The notes under the pieces were generated by a model. That model did no database searches, was not told the DNA's origin, and was given only the letters and a program-made list of their open reading frames with translations. From Pseudomonadota bacterium (GTDB taxonomy: Bacteria > Pseudomonadota > Gammaproteobacteria > Steroidobacterales > Woeseiaceae), in assembly GCA_039033995.1 (NCBI GenBank), contig JBCCBP010000001.1, positions 22,201 to 86,200 of the forward strand: a stretch of 64,000 nucleotides of DNA, written 5' to 3'. How positions within the stretch are numbered: position 1 is the first letter of the stretch; each line of letters begins with the position of its first letter. The position numbers and the translations under genes were made by a program. Below are positions 31,538-40,373 of the stretch, in pieces.

Positions 31538-32743
31538 CTAACGATTCTTGGGCATCACAGGCACTGGTAAACCGTTAACGATCGCCGTGCCATCCGCGTA
31601 GGTCATCCGCATTTTGTATAGGCCCGCCTCGGCATCTTTCTCCAGCATGCCCATGCCGCGCACGGTCGTCACAAGGTTACTGGTCGCAGCGAGATCTTCG
31701 ACGCTGGCAATCGGCGCGCTGATGTTTAGTGTGGCCTGCATATCGGTAACGAGATGATCGGTAAACGCATCGATGTCGTTGGTGGCGGGCTGTCGTGCCG
31801 GTGCGAGTGTGACCGCAAGATCGCTCTCGATAGCTCCTGCGTCCCCGATCTGCGACTGCTGCCAGACGATCTCCGGTGTGTTGCTGAGCGCCGTTTGGAG
31901 TGTTGTCAGATGTGCAGCCACGAGATCGCGCGGCGTGATCGGCGCAACGCGCGTTCTGGCTTCGTCGATCATCCGATGTAGCCCGGGCAATGCGGCATTG
32001 TTGAGATTCTCCAGCGCAAAATCCCCAGCAATCATTTGTGCTGATTCGGCGATGCGATTCCTAAAGGTATAGTCGACCTGCAATGCGGTATTGGCGCTTC
32101 CCGTTTCGGTTTGCGCGGAAAGATCCAGCCCCTCGATGTCGAGGGCGGTAGCGCCTTCGGGTGTGATGGCTTGCAGCATCGGCGTGCGAATTTCGGCGTG
32201 GATCTCACTGAGATCCGGTCGCACTGACAGCCTGCCTTCGAGATCTGCCCAGCGGATCGCCTGGCCGTTTTCGTTGACCATACTGGCCCCTGCCGCGCGC
32301 CAGTCCACCTGAAGCGTCCCCGTCAGGCCGATATGCGTCATTGTTTGTGCAGGCAGCTGAATGACGCCGTTGCTGCCGGTGTCCAATGCAAACACCGATT
32401 CGGCCTTCGCGATGGCCGGGCGCAGGAAGCCGACCAATGGGCCGTGCTGGATGGCGTTGGCAACGATCAGTGACGGCTGGTCACCGAAGCCACCGAAAGC
32501 GCCGATCAGCTGCTTCACTTGCGGTGGTGCATTGTCACTGACGAGAAACCGGTACTCGCTGACAGCGCCAAACCAGCCACGTTCGTAGTCGAGGCCGATC
32601 AATTCCACCCAGGGCGGCAGCCCGCTCGTCAGCTGCTCACGGCTTTCCAGCGTGGTTTTTTCCAGTTGCATGCCGACGAGCAGTGGCCCGCCGAGTGCGA
32701 CGATCAGCGCCAGCACCGACAACAACATCAGTATTTTTCTCAT
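31538..32743 (-). CDS. Membrane-anchored periplasmic protein, YdgA/DUF945-like
   Basis: One N-terminal TM helix. The overall layout resembles E. coli YdgA as I recall it (…Y.RGWF…, HGP…, C-terminal …MTYADGTAIVNG…). This rests on recollection, not a search. Confidence 0.5.
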   Translation of the reverse strand: MRKILMLLSVLALIVALGGPLLVGMQLEKTTLESREQLTSGLPPWVELIGLDYERGWFGAVSEYRFLVSDNAPPQVKQLIGAFGGFGDQPSLIVANAIQHGPLVGFLRPAIAKAESVFALDTGSNGVIQLPAQTMTHIGLTGTLQVDWRAAGASMVNENGQAIRWADLEGRLSVRPDLSEIHAEIRTPMLQAITPEGATALDIEGLDLSAQTETGSANTALQVDYTFRNRIAESAQMIAGDFALENLNNAALPGLHRMIDEARTRVAPITPRDLVAAHLTTLQTALSNTPEIVWQQSQIGDAGAIESDLAVTLAPARQPATNDIDAFTDHLVTDMQATLNISAPIASVEDLAATSNLVTTVRGMGMLEKDAEAGLYKMRMTYADGTAIVNGLPVPVMPKNR

Positions 32744-32941
32744 TACAGCAGCTTCCTGTGGTTCGACAGTGAATGTACGCGACCCGGCGGGTCAGGTCTA
32801 ACGGCAAACGATGGCCTGCGGCTGTGACGGCGTTCTGGAAATCACCTTGGCGAACGCATACCATACGCGCTGATATCGGGCGGCGCCTCTTAGCGCCGAA
32901 AGTGTGTCGCCGTAGACACACGCATCAATGCGGACAACATC

Positions 32942-33595
32942 ATGACAAATAGATTCAAGCCTTTGCGGTGGTTGCAGCTCATGGCAGTGGCAGCGTGCCT
33001 TGCGATAACGACACCGGCGATCGCCGAGGGAGACATAGAATCCGGTAAGGTCCTCGCCTACACCTGTCTGGGCTGTCATGGCATTGAGGGTTATCGCAAC
33101 CCGTATCCGTCTTATCGTGTACCGCGTCTTGGTGGTCAGCACGCGGCCTACATCGAAATCGCTTTGAAAGCCTACCGCTCAGGTGAGCGCTCTCACGCAA
33201 CGATGCAGGCCCAGGCCGGCTCTTTGTCAGACCAGGATATCGCTGACATCGCAGCGTATTTCGCCAGCAAAGGTGAGGCGAATGACGGCCCGGTTGTGAC
33301 CAGCGGCGTCGCCGAAGGTAAGGAAAAATCGGCGACCTGTGTTGCTTGCCATGGTGAAAAGGGTCTCAGCGTCAACGAGATCTGGCCAAACCTGGCTGGC
33401 CAGCACGAGGACTATTTGGCCAATGCGTTACGCCAGTATCGTCTGGCCAACGCTGAGGAGACCAACGGCGAATACCAGCGCAACAATGCGGTAATGGCCG
33501 GACTGGCCTCCGTATTGACCGATGAGGACATCGAAGCCCTCGCCGCTTACTTTGCCGCGCAAGACGGTCTCTATACCTCGAAACACGACAAGTAA
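32942..33595 (+). CDS. Dihaem cytochrome c4
   Basis: Signal peptide, two CxxCH motifs (CLGCHG, CVACHG) and two distal Met regions. The size is typical (217 aa). Confidence 0.85.
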   Translation: MTNRFKPLRWLQLMAVAACLAITTPAIAEGDIESGKVLAYTCLGCHGIEGYRNPYPSYRVPRLGGQHAAYIEIALKAYRSGERSHATMQAQAGSLSDQDIADIAAYFASKGEANDGPVVTSGVAEGKEKSATCVACHGEKGLSVNEIWPNLAGQHEDYLANALRQYRLANAEETNGEYQRNNAVMAGLASVLTDEDIEALAAYFAAQDGLYTSKHDK

Positions 33596-33613
33596 TCGTC
33601 GTCGCAACACCGA

Positions 33614-35149
33614 CTAGTCGCCACGCAATGCGCTGGCGCGCTGGTTGATCGCATCCAGGTGTTCCGGCTCCCATCGGTCGAGGTTTTTGAGCACCATGTT
33701 CATTCGCGGCGAGCCGCTCAACGCCTTGCGGTGGCGATGCATAAAGTCCCAATACAAGGTGTTGAACGGACAGGCGTTGTCGCCGGCGCGTTCTTTCACA
33801 TCGTATTGGCAGCCTTTGCAATAGTTGCTCATTCGATTGATATAGGCGCCGCTCGCGACATACGGCTTGCTGCCGACCACACCACCGTCACCGTGCAGCG
33901 CCATGCCGAGCGTGTTGGGTAACTCGACCCACTCGACAGCATCGACATAGATGCCGAGGTACCAGTCGCAGACCGCCTGCGGCAGCAGCCCGGCAAGCGT
34001 CGCATAATTGCCGATGACCATCAGGCGCTGTATGTGATGCGCGTAGCCGTTTTGCAGTGTATCGCCGATGGACTGTCGCAGGCAGTTCATGTCTGTTTTG
34101 GCGTCCCAGAACCATTCGGGTAGCGCGTGTTGATGATCGAAATGGTTGAGCGATTTGTAGCCTGGCATCTTCAACCAGTAAACGCCCCGGATAAACTCGC
34201 GCCAGCCAATGATCTGACGTACGAAGCCTTCGACCGCGGCGAGCGGCGCCGCATCGGGATTGCGTTCGTAGGCAACGACAGCGGCCTCAACAACCTCGCG
34301 CGGGTTCAGGAGCTTCAGGTTCAACGCCGATGAGATCAGCGCGTGGTAGAGAAACGGCTCGCCGCTCCACATGGCATCCTGATAGCGGCCGTAGCCGACA
34401 AATCGTTCTTCGATAAATCGATTCAGCGCCTCCAGCGCTTGCTCGCGTGTCACCGGCCAGAAGAAATTGTCGGTGCTGCCCGGTGCATCGGGAAATGCGG
34501 TGTTCACATCGGCAATGACCGCTTCGGTGATGTCATCCACAGCAAAGCGCGGCGGCTCCGGCAGCATCCCTGGCCCCTTGGCGGGGAATGACTTGCGATT
34601 GTCTTTATCGAAATTCCACGCACCGCCGACGGGGTCGTCCCCGTCCATCAGAATATCGTGCCGCTTGCGTTCGGCGCGGTAGAAGTACTCCATCGTCAGT
34701 TGTTTGCGGTCTTTGGCCCAAGCCCGAAACGTGTCCGCATCGCAGAGAAAATGATCGTCGTCGAACCAGCGCAGTGCGATGTCCCGCTCGGCCGCGAAAT
34801 CAGCGAGCGCCTGTTTCAGGCGCCACTCTCCGGGTTCAACCGCCCACAAGCTCTGGCAGGGGTACTCATCCAGTGTGGCGGCAATGCCGTCAATAATCTG
34901 CTGACGCTCTGCGCTGAGCTCGTGGTAACGCACCGTCCAGTTCTGCTCGCGACAGTGCTGCGCGTAATGGCGCATCGCGGACAGGAACACGGTGGTACGG
35001 TGTTTGTGACTGGCGACATGACTGCCTTCGTCGAGTGCCTCGACCATAACGATGGCATCCTGCTCCGGGTCGGCAGACCGCAACGCTGGATGTTCATGAT
35101 CGAGTTGATCGCCCAGTATGATGATCAGGTGGCGACATTGGTTCGACAC
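33614..35149 (-). CDS. Cryptochrome/photolyase-family protein, Fe-S bacterial (6-4) photolyase type (FeS-BCP/CryPro)
   Basis: Trimmed to the GTG preceded by AAGGA (VSNQCRHLIIILGDQLDH...). The four-Cys pattern C-X87-C-X2-C-X12-C was counted directly in the translation (…NCLRQS…YCKGCQYDVKERAGDNACPF…). Confidence 0.85.
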   Translation of the reverse strand: MSNQCRHLIIILGDQLDHEHPALRSADPEQDAIVMVEALDEGSHVASHKHRTTVFLSAMRHYAQHCREQNWTVRYHELSAERQQIIDGIAATLDEYPCQSLWAVEPGEWRLKQALADFAAERDIALRWFDDDHFLCDADTFRAWAKDRKQLTMEYFYRAERKRHDILMDGDDPVGGAWNFDKDNRKSFPAKGPGMLPEPPRFAVDDITEAVIADVNTAFPDAPGSTDNFFWPVTREQALEALNRFIEERFVGYGRYQDAMWSGEPFLYHALISSALNLKLLNPREVVEAAVVAYERNPDAAPLAAVEGFVRQIIGWREFIRGVYWLKMPGYKSLNHFDHQHALPEWFWDAKTDMNCLRQSIGDTLQNGYAHHIQRLMVIGNYATLAGLLPQAVCDWYLGIYVDAVEWVELPNTLGMALHGDGGVVGSKPYVASGAYINRMSNYCKGCQYDVKERAGDNACPFNTLYWDFMHRHRKALSGSPRMNMVLKNLDRWEPEHLDAINQRASALRGD

Positions 35150-35230
35150 TAAAGAGTCCTTGGTTGATGCTCGACAGGATCTGCCGCTTGCGACACACTC
35201 GCAAACCTGTGTAGCAGATCCGTATCGCTG

Positions 35231-36217
35231 ATGACGACCGAATTCGCCGCTGCCGCAAGAATAGATGCCTGCGGCCACGACATCTATGCCATCGATACGC
35301 ACTACGTGCGTGCCGGGCTCGACGCCAGCCATTTGTTGTTGGCGGATGGCGAGGCCGCATTTGTCGATACCGGCGTCAATAGCAGCGTAGCGGGTTTGCT
35401 ATCCGCCCTGCAGACGCTCAACGTCGCGCCGCAGGCGGTCCGGTGGGTGTTTCTGACCCACATTCACCTCGATCATGCGGGGGGTGCCGGGCGCCTGATG
35501 GCCGCGTTGCCCAACGCGACGGCGGTCATCCATCCGCGCGGTGCGCCGCATATGGCTGCGCCGGAAAAGCTGATCGCTGGTGCGCGTGCAGTCTACGGGG
35601 AACCCCTGTTCACGAAACTGTACGGTGACATCGAGCCGATCGATGCAGCGCGTATTCATGTGCCCGAAGACGGCGAGCGCATTCCGTTCGGCGGGCGTGC
35701 ACTGGAGGTGTTGTTCACGGAAGGGCACGCGCGTCATCACTATTGCCTGCATGATGCCCAGTCACAGGCGGTGTTTACGGGCGACAGTTTCGGCATCTCC
35801 TACCGCGTGTTTGATACCAAGGCGGGCGCGTTCGCGTTTCCGACCACAACACCCGTCCACTTCGACCCGGTTGCAGCACATGCATCGATTGACAAGATTG
35901 TGGCGACCGGCGCGCGTTTCGCGTTGCTGACGCACTACAGCCGTGTCGACCGGTTGCCGCAGATCGCAGCGCAGTTGCACGAAGACATCAACCGCTTTGT
36001 CGCGATCACCGAACAATGGGCAGGCGATGAGCAATGCGAGCAACGGATGAGCGAGGCGCTGACCGAACACCTGAACCGGCGCCTCGATGCGCATGGCGTC
36101 ACAGTGGCGCCTAATCTGCGTGACACCTGGCTCGCGATGGATGTGCGGTTGAATGTGCAGGGGTTAATGCACTGGCAGAGCCTGCGGCGCCGAGGGTCAA
36201 AACGCAACAAACCCTAA
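35231..36217 (+). CDS. MBL-fold metallo-hydrolase
   Basis: The HxHxDH motif THIHLDHAGG and later His/Asp ligands (TEGHARHH, FTGDSF). Confidence 0.8.
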   Translation: MTTEFAAAARIDACGHDIYAIDTHYVRAGLDASHLLLADGEAAFVDTGVNSSVAGLLSALQTLNVAPQAVRWVFLTHIHLDHAGGAGRLMAALPNATAVIHPRGAPHMAAPEKLIAGARAVYGEPLFTKLYGDIEPIDAARIHVPEDGERIPFGGRALEVLFTEGHARHHYCLHDAQSQAVFTGDSFGISYRVFDTKAGAFAFPTTTPVHFDPVAAHASIDKIVATGARFALLTHYSRVDRLPQIAAQLHEDINRFVAITEQWAGDEQCEQRMSEALTEHLNRRLDAHGVTVAPNLRDTWLAMDVRLNVQGLMHWQSLRRRGSKRNKP

Positions 36218-36393
36218 AGACGCGCCTAACACGCTAAAAAGCGCTGTAAACAAGCGTTAACATTTGTTTGCTAAGGCAAAAAAACAACAGTTTTCGGTTG
36301 AGCAATCCGTCCTTTACCCTCACAATACGCAGGAATAAGAGCAGCGCAGGATAGCGTTGCCATCCAATCGGTAGCCTTTTTGGGAGAAACACA

Positions 36394-37650
36394 ATGCCGA
36401 CCCGTATCCTGAAGCGCTCTTGGTTAGCGCTCGCAACGCTGGCACTGGCCGCACCTGCTCTGGCAGGCGACGGCGAAGGCCAGATTTATGTGACACCGGC
36501 GTGGGAATTTGTCGACGATGACAAAGACCGCAACGTCGAAGATACCAACGCCGCATCGATCACTGTGGGTTACGCCTACACCGATCGCTGGAACGTTGAG
36601 GCTTTCGCCCACACGGCAAGCTTCAGTGGTTTGGGTGTTAATGGCCAGGACCACCTAGAACTCGGTTTGAACGGCCTGGCGGTCTTTAAGCGCGATTCAA
36701 TGATTTCGCCATTCCTGTTGGCGGGTATCAGTAATCTCGGTAAAGATTTTGACAACGGTAATGATGACGACCTGCTGAACGCCAGCGTCGGTGCTGGTGT
36801 ATTTCTGAGCACGTCTGATCGTTTCGCTTTCCGCTTGCAGTATCGTCATCGTGCGGAACTCGGTGGCACCGAGTTCGCCGACAACATCTACAGCGTCGGC
36901 TTGCAGTTCGCTTTTGGTGACGCCAAGAGCAAGATCATCGACACCGATGGTGACGGCGTTGCCGATATGGCCGATCAGTGTCCGAACACGCCGGCCGGCA
37001 TTCAGGTCGACAGCCGTGGTTGCGAACTGGACAGCGATGGTGATGGCGTCGTCGACAGCAAAGACGAGTGCCCATCAACGCCGCGTGGTGATCGTGTCGA
37101 TGCCAAAGGTTGCACAATCGTCGTAGACAGCGATGGCGATGGCGTTGCTGACGGCCAGGACCAGTGCCCGAACACACCGGCTGGCGCTTCGGTTGATGCC
37201 CGCGGTTGTGAGCTGGACAGCGATGGTGATAGCGTCGTCGACAGCAAAGACGCATGCCCGAATACAACGGCGGGTGTCCGCGTTGATGTCCGCGGTTGCG
37301 AGATCAAGGACATCATCGAATTGCGTGGGGTGAACTTCGAGTCGAACTCGGATCGCCTGTTGCCGACGGCAACCGAGCGTCTGAATCGTGCGGCAGCGAC
37401 ATTGCGTAAGAACTCTGATCTGGTCGTGGAAGTTGCTGGTCACACCGACAGTGACGGTGCAGCAGCGTACAACGAGAGCCTGTCCGAGCGACGTGCCCGT
37501 GCCGTACGTAACTTCCTCGTCAACGCTGGCGCCAACGGTGACAATCTGAGCGTCCGCGGCTACGGTGAAGCCAACCCGATTGCAGACAATGGTTCTGCCG
37601 AAGGTAAAGCGGCCAACCGTCGCGTCGAACTCAGAATTCTGAATCGCTAA
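36394..37650 (+). CDS. OmpA-family outer-membrane protein with thrombospondin type-3 repeats
   Basis: Signal peptide, an N-terminal beta-barrel-like region, four DxDGDGVxDxxDxCPxTPxG repeats, and a C-terminal OmpA peptidoglycan-binding domain (…GHTDSDG…NxxLSxRRA…NRRVEL). A GGGAGA Shine-Dalgarno sequence is present. Confidence 0.88.
   Translation: MPTRILKRSWLALATLALAAPALAGDGEGQIYVTPAWEFVDDDKDRNVEDTNAASITVGYAYTDRWNVEAFAHTASFSGLGVNGQDHLELGLNGLAVFKRDSMISPFLLAGISNLGKDFDNGNDDDLLNASVGAGVFLSTSDRFAFRLQYRHRAELGGTEFADNIYSVGLQFAFGDAKSKIIDTDGDGVADMADQCPNTPAGIQVDSRGCELDSDGDGVVDSKDECPSTPRGDRVDAKGCTIVVDSDGDGVADGQDQCPNTPAGASVDARGCELDSDGDSVVDSKDACPNTTAGVRVDVRGCEIKDIIELRGVNFESNSDRLLPTATERLNRAAATLRKNSDLVVEVAGHTDSDGAAAYNESLSERRARAVRNFLVNAGANGDNLSVRGYGEANPIADNGSAEGKAANRRVELRILNR
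36940..37299 (+). repeat. Four tandem coding repeats (about 90-96 nt each) encoding TSP3 calcium-binding motifs
   Basis: Repeated peptide DTDGDGVADMADQCPNTPAGIQVDSRGCEL / DSDGDGVVDSKDECPSTPRGDRVDAKGC... read in the translation. Confidence 0.8.
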
Positions 37651-37666
37651 GCGATTCCTGAGCTCC

Positions 37667-37704
37667 AGCCCCGGCAAGCCAAGTGTTTGCCGGGGCTTTT
37701 TTTT
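37667..37704 (+). terminator. Rho-independent terminator of the ompA-like gene
   Basis: AGCCCCGGCAA-N9-TTGCCGGGGCT followed by T8. Confidence 0.85.
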
Positions 37705-37817
37705 GACCATGGATGGTCTTATGTCGCGTAGGCCATGGATGGCCGAGAGCGACGCCTCAACGCTGTTGCGACAATGAATGTTGACGTCCGAGAGCGGCGC
37801 CTGAACGCTATCGCGAC
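37705..37817. repeat. Compound repeat array: two 14-bp palindromes plus two 28-nt direct repeats
   Basis: GACCATGGATGGTC (37705-37718) and GGCCATGGATGGCC (37731-37744). Then GAGAGCGACGCCTCAACGCTGTTGCGAC (37745-37772) and GAGAGCGGCGCCTGAACGCTATCGCGAC (37790-37817), which are 24/28 identical with a 45-nt period. Confidence 0.6.
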
Positions 37818-37944
37818 GTTAGCAGTCATGCATGTCCGGGAATGTTGCCTAACCGCTGTGGGTGCGCCCTATTCTCCAATTCGAGTTCATCGACTGGCCA
37901 GCCTCTGCTAAACTCGCGCGCCGCATTGAGGAACCCGCTCCAGC

Positions 37945-38613
37945 ATGACCCGACCCGCAACACCACAACAAGCGCTCGCCGATGGCGTCGCCGCGTTGTC
38001 GCTGTCGGTCTCGGCCGAGCAGCAGTCGCAGTTGCTGGAGTTGATCGCGTTGCTGGCGAAGTGGTCGCGGGCTTACAACCTGACGGCGATCACCGATCAG
38101 CATGAGATGGTCAGCAAACACCTGCTCGACAGTCTTTCGATCGCCCCGTTTGTGCAAGGCACGCGGGCGCTGGATGTGGGCACGGGTGCCGGTTTCCCCG
38201 GTCTGCCATTGGCTATCATCCAGCCTGATCGTGATTGGGTGTTGCTCGACAGCAATGCCAAGAAACTGCGTTTCATCGATCATGTGACGCTGACACTGGG
38301 TATACATAATGTATCGACTGTGCACGCGCGCGCCGAATCCTATGCTGCTGAGCACGCCTTTGATACGGTCGTTTGCCGCGCATTCACCGCATTGGATCGC
38401 TTCGCAGCGATGGCCCAGCACCTATTGGCCAGCGATGGCCTGCTACTGGCTATGAAAGGTCGCGCTGAAACCGAGACATTTGATGATCCGGCGCAACAGT
38501 GGTCGGTTGAAAACCATCCACTAGTGGTACCCTTGTTAGACGAGGAAAGACATCTGATCGCATTGCGGCGCCATCGCCCAGTGCCGGTCTACGACGAGCA
38601 GAGAATGACATGA
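37945..38613 (+). CDS. rsmG: 16S rRNA (guanine527-N7)-methyltransferase
   Basis: …WSRAYNLTAI…HLLDSL…, the SAM motif LDVGTGAGFPGLPLAI, and its position before parA. Confidence 0.93.
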   Translation: MTRPATPQQALADGVAALSLSVSAEQQSQLLELIALLAKWSRAYNLTAITDQHEMVSKHLLDSLSIAPFVQGTRALDVGTGAGFPGLPLAIIQPDRDWVLLDSNAKKLRFIDHVTLTLGIHNVSTVHARAESYAAEHAFDTVVCRAFTALDRFAAMAQHLLASDGLLLAMKGRAETETFDDPAQQWSVENHPLVVPLLDEERHLIALRRHRPVPVYDEQRMT

Positions 38614-39407
38614 CCAGAGTGATTGCGGTGGCAAATCAGAAGGGCGGCGTGGGTAAAACCACGACGAGCGTCAATCTTGCTGCGTCGCTGGCCGCGACTC
38701 AGCGTCGTGTGCTACTGGTTGATATCGATCCACAGGGCAACGCCACGATGGGCTCTGGCATCGACAAAATGAGTCTCGAGCGCACTGCTTGTGATGTACT
38801 GCTCGGCGACTGTAGTGCCGCCGACGCGATTGTGGCGGCGCCCGATAGCGATTTCGCGGTATTGCCGGGCAATGACGACCTGACCCTCGCCGAGGTGCAG
38901 CTGTTGCAGGAAATCGGTCGCGAGATGCGACTGCGCAAGGCGCTGCAGCCTGTGCTGGGCCTGTACGATTTCGTACTGATCGACTGTCCGCCGTCGATCA
39001 ACATGCTAACGGTCAACGCATTGACTGCGGCTGACGGCGTATTGATCCCGATGCAGTGCGAGTATTATGCACTGGAGGGTTTGACCGCACTGTTGACGAC
39101 GATCGATCAAGTACGCGGCAGCGTCAACGAACACCTCGAGATCTACGGTCTGCTGCGCACGATGTTCGATCCGCGAAACAATCTGGCCAACGATGTCTCA
39201 GCCCAGTTGCATGAGCATTTTGGTGACAAAGTGTATCGAACGATCATTCCGCGAAACGTCCGGTTGGCTGAGGCCCCGAGTTTTGGCCGTCCCGTGTTAT
39301 TGCATGATCGTCATTCGCGAGGTGCGCTCGCCTATCTGGCATTGGCGGGCGAGATCATTCGCCGCGAAGAAGCACTGGATGCCGTAAGGCAGCAAACCGT
39401 TTCCTGA
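38610..39407 (+). CDS. parA: Chromosome partitioning ATPase ParA (Soj)
   Basis: Deviant Walker A NQKGGVGKTTT, then DIDPQGNAT and DCPPS. Confidence 0.95.
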   Translation: MTRVIAVANQKGGVGKTTTSVNLAASLAATQRRVLLVDIDPQGNATMGSGIDKMSLERTACDVLLGDCSAADAIVAAPDSDFAVLPGNDDLTLAEVQLLQEIGREMRLRKALQPVLGLYDFVLIDCPPSINMLTVNALTAADGVLIPMQCEYYALEGLTALLTTIDQVRGSVNEHLEIYGLLRTMFDPRNNLANDVSAQLHEHFGDKVYRTIIPRNVRLAEAPSFGRPVLLHDRHSRGALAYLALAGEIIRREEALDAVRQQTVS

Positions 39408-39434
39408 GCGTGAAACGGCCTTAACTAGGAACAG

Positions 39435-40337
39435 ATGATGGTGAACAAGCGCAAGAGTCTCGGTCGCGGATTGGGCGCGTTGCTCGGTGACGCTGCCAAA
39501 ACGCAACAAGCGTCTGTGGAAACGTCGCAGACACCCGCGAGCGCGGGTGATGGGTTGCGCAAGATGCCGGTTGACCTGATGCAGCGTGGTCGTTACCAGC
39601 CGCGTGTCGACATGCGCCAGGACTCTCTGGACGAGCTCGCGGCGTCGATCAAGGCGCAGGGCATCGTGCAACCCATTGCTGTCCGGCCAGTGGCTGGCAA
39701 AGGCGACGAGCAACGCTTCGAAATTATCGCGGGTGAGCGACGCTGGCGGGCCGCCCAGTTGGCGGGGTTATCTGAGGTGCCCGTCGTCGTCCACGACGTC
39801 GATGACAACGCGGCGGTCGCGATGGCTCTGATCGAGAATATTCAGCGCGAAGATCTGAACCCGCTGGAGGAGTCTAAAGCGTTGGAAAGACTGATCCGAG
39901 AGTTTGAACTGACGCATCAGGAGGCCGCCGATGCGGTGGGCCGCTCCCGCGCCTCAGTGTCGAATTTACTGCGGTTGCTGGAATTAGGCGACGATGTGCA
40001 GGCGTTGCTGGCAGAGCGCGCGCTCGATATGGGACACGCACGAGCGCTGTTGACGCTCGGACCTGGCAAACAACAGTCAGCGCTGGCTGCTGAAGCTGTG
40101 CAGCAACGGTTGTCGGTTCGGGAAGTCGAAAAACGTGTTCGGGCTGCCAACGGTGGCCAATCGGCACGCAAGCCCAAGCCTGCCAAGAAAGATCCTAATA
40201 TCGCGCGGCTTGAAGCTGACCTTGCGGATAAGCTGGGCGCGCCCGTCGTCGTTCGCGATAGCGGTGGTAAGGGCAGTCTGGTGATCAGCTACGCGAGTCT
40301 CGACGAGCTGGATGGCATCCTCGAGAAAATCGGCTAG
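39435..40337 (+). CDS. parB: Chromosome partitioning protein ParB (Spo0J)
   Basis: ParB box GERRWRAA, an HTH region (LTHQEAADAVGRSRASVSNLLRLL) and QPR…/ENIQRE motifs. Confidence 0.95.
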   Translation: MMVNKRKSLGRGLGALLGDAAKTQQASVETSQTPASAGDGLRKMPVDLMQRGRYQPRVDMRQDSLDELAASIKAQGIVQPIAVRPVAGKGDEQRFEIIAGERRWRAAQLAGLSEVPVVVHDVDDNAAVAMALIENIQREDLNPLEESKALERLIREFELTHQEAADAVGRSRASVSNLLRLLELGDDVQALLAERALDMGHARALLTLGPGKQQSALAAEAVQQRLSVREVEKRVRAANGGQSARKPKPAKKDPNIARLEADLADKLGAPVVVRDSGGKGSLVISYASLDELDGILEKIG

Positions 40338-40354
40338 GCAGTACGCCGGCGTCT

Positions 40355-40373
40355 GAAGCCGTTACCCGGCTTC
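40355..40373. terminator. Hairpin between convergent parB and the EAL gene
   Basis: GAAGCCG-TTACC-CGGCTTC. It spans the EAL stop codon and has no U-tract, so its function is uncertain. Confidence 0.3.

Noticed and set aside
35150-35332. N-terminal extensions in the ORF-track models. They affect the photolyase-like gene (61 codons), gyrB (9), recF (23), yidC (33), natB (61), glmU (45), glyQ (54), RidA (32), NmrA (15), the isochorismatase (15) and the Crp-like gene (93).
   Set aside because: Homologous N-termini, ribosome-binding sites and overlap with upstream genes all favour the internal starts used in the feature table.
37721-37915. Short ORFs inside the repeat array upstream of rsmG: 18 aa from 37721 and about 45 aa from 37774. 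The 87-aa track ORF at 37842-38105 is also here.
   Set aside because: They have no ribosome-binding sites and low-complexity or Arg/Cys-rich products. The last overlaps rsmG out of frame.
39397-39418. The inverted repeat CCGTTTC-CTGAGCGT-GAAACGG spanning the parA stop, whose right arm resembles a parS half-site (GTGAAAC).
   Set aside because: The central CACGTG core is disrupted and the left arm does not match GTTTCAC. It is at best a small hairpin in the parA-parB spacer, not a parS site.
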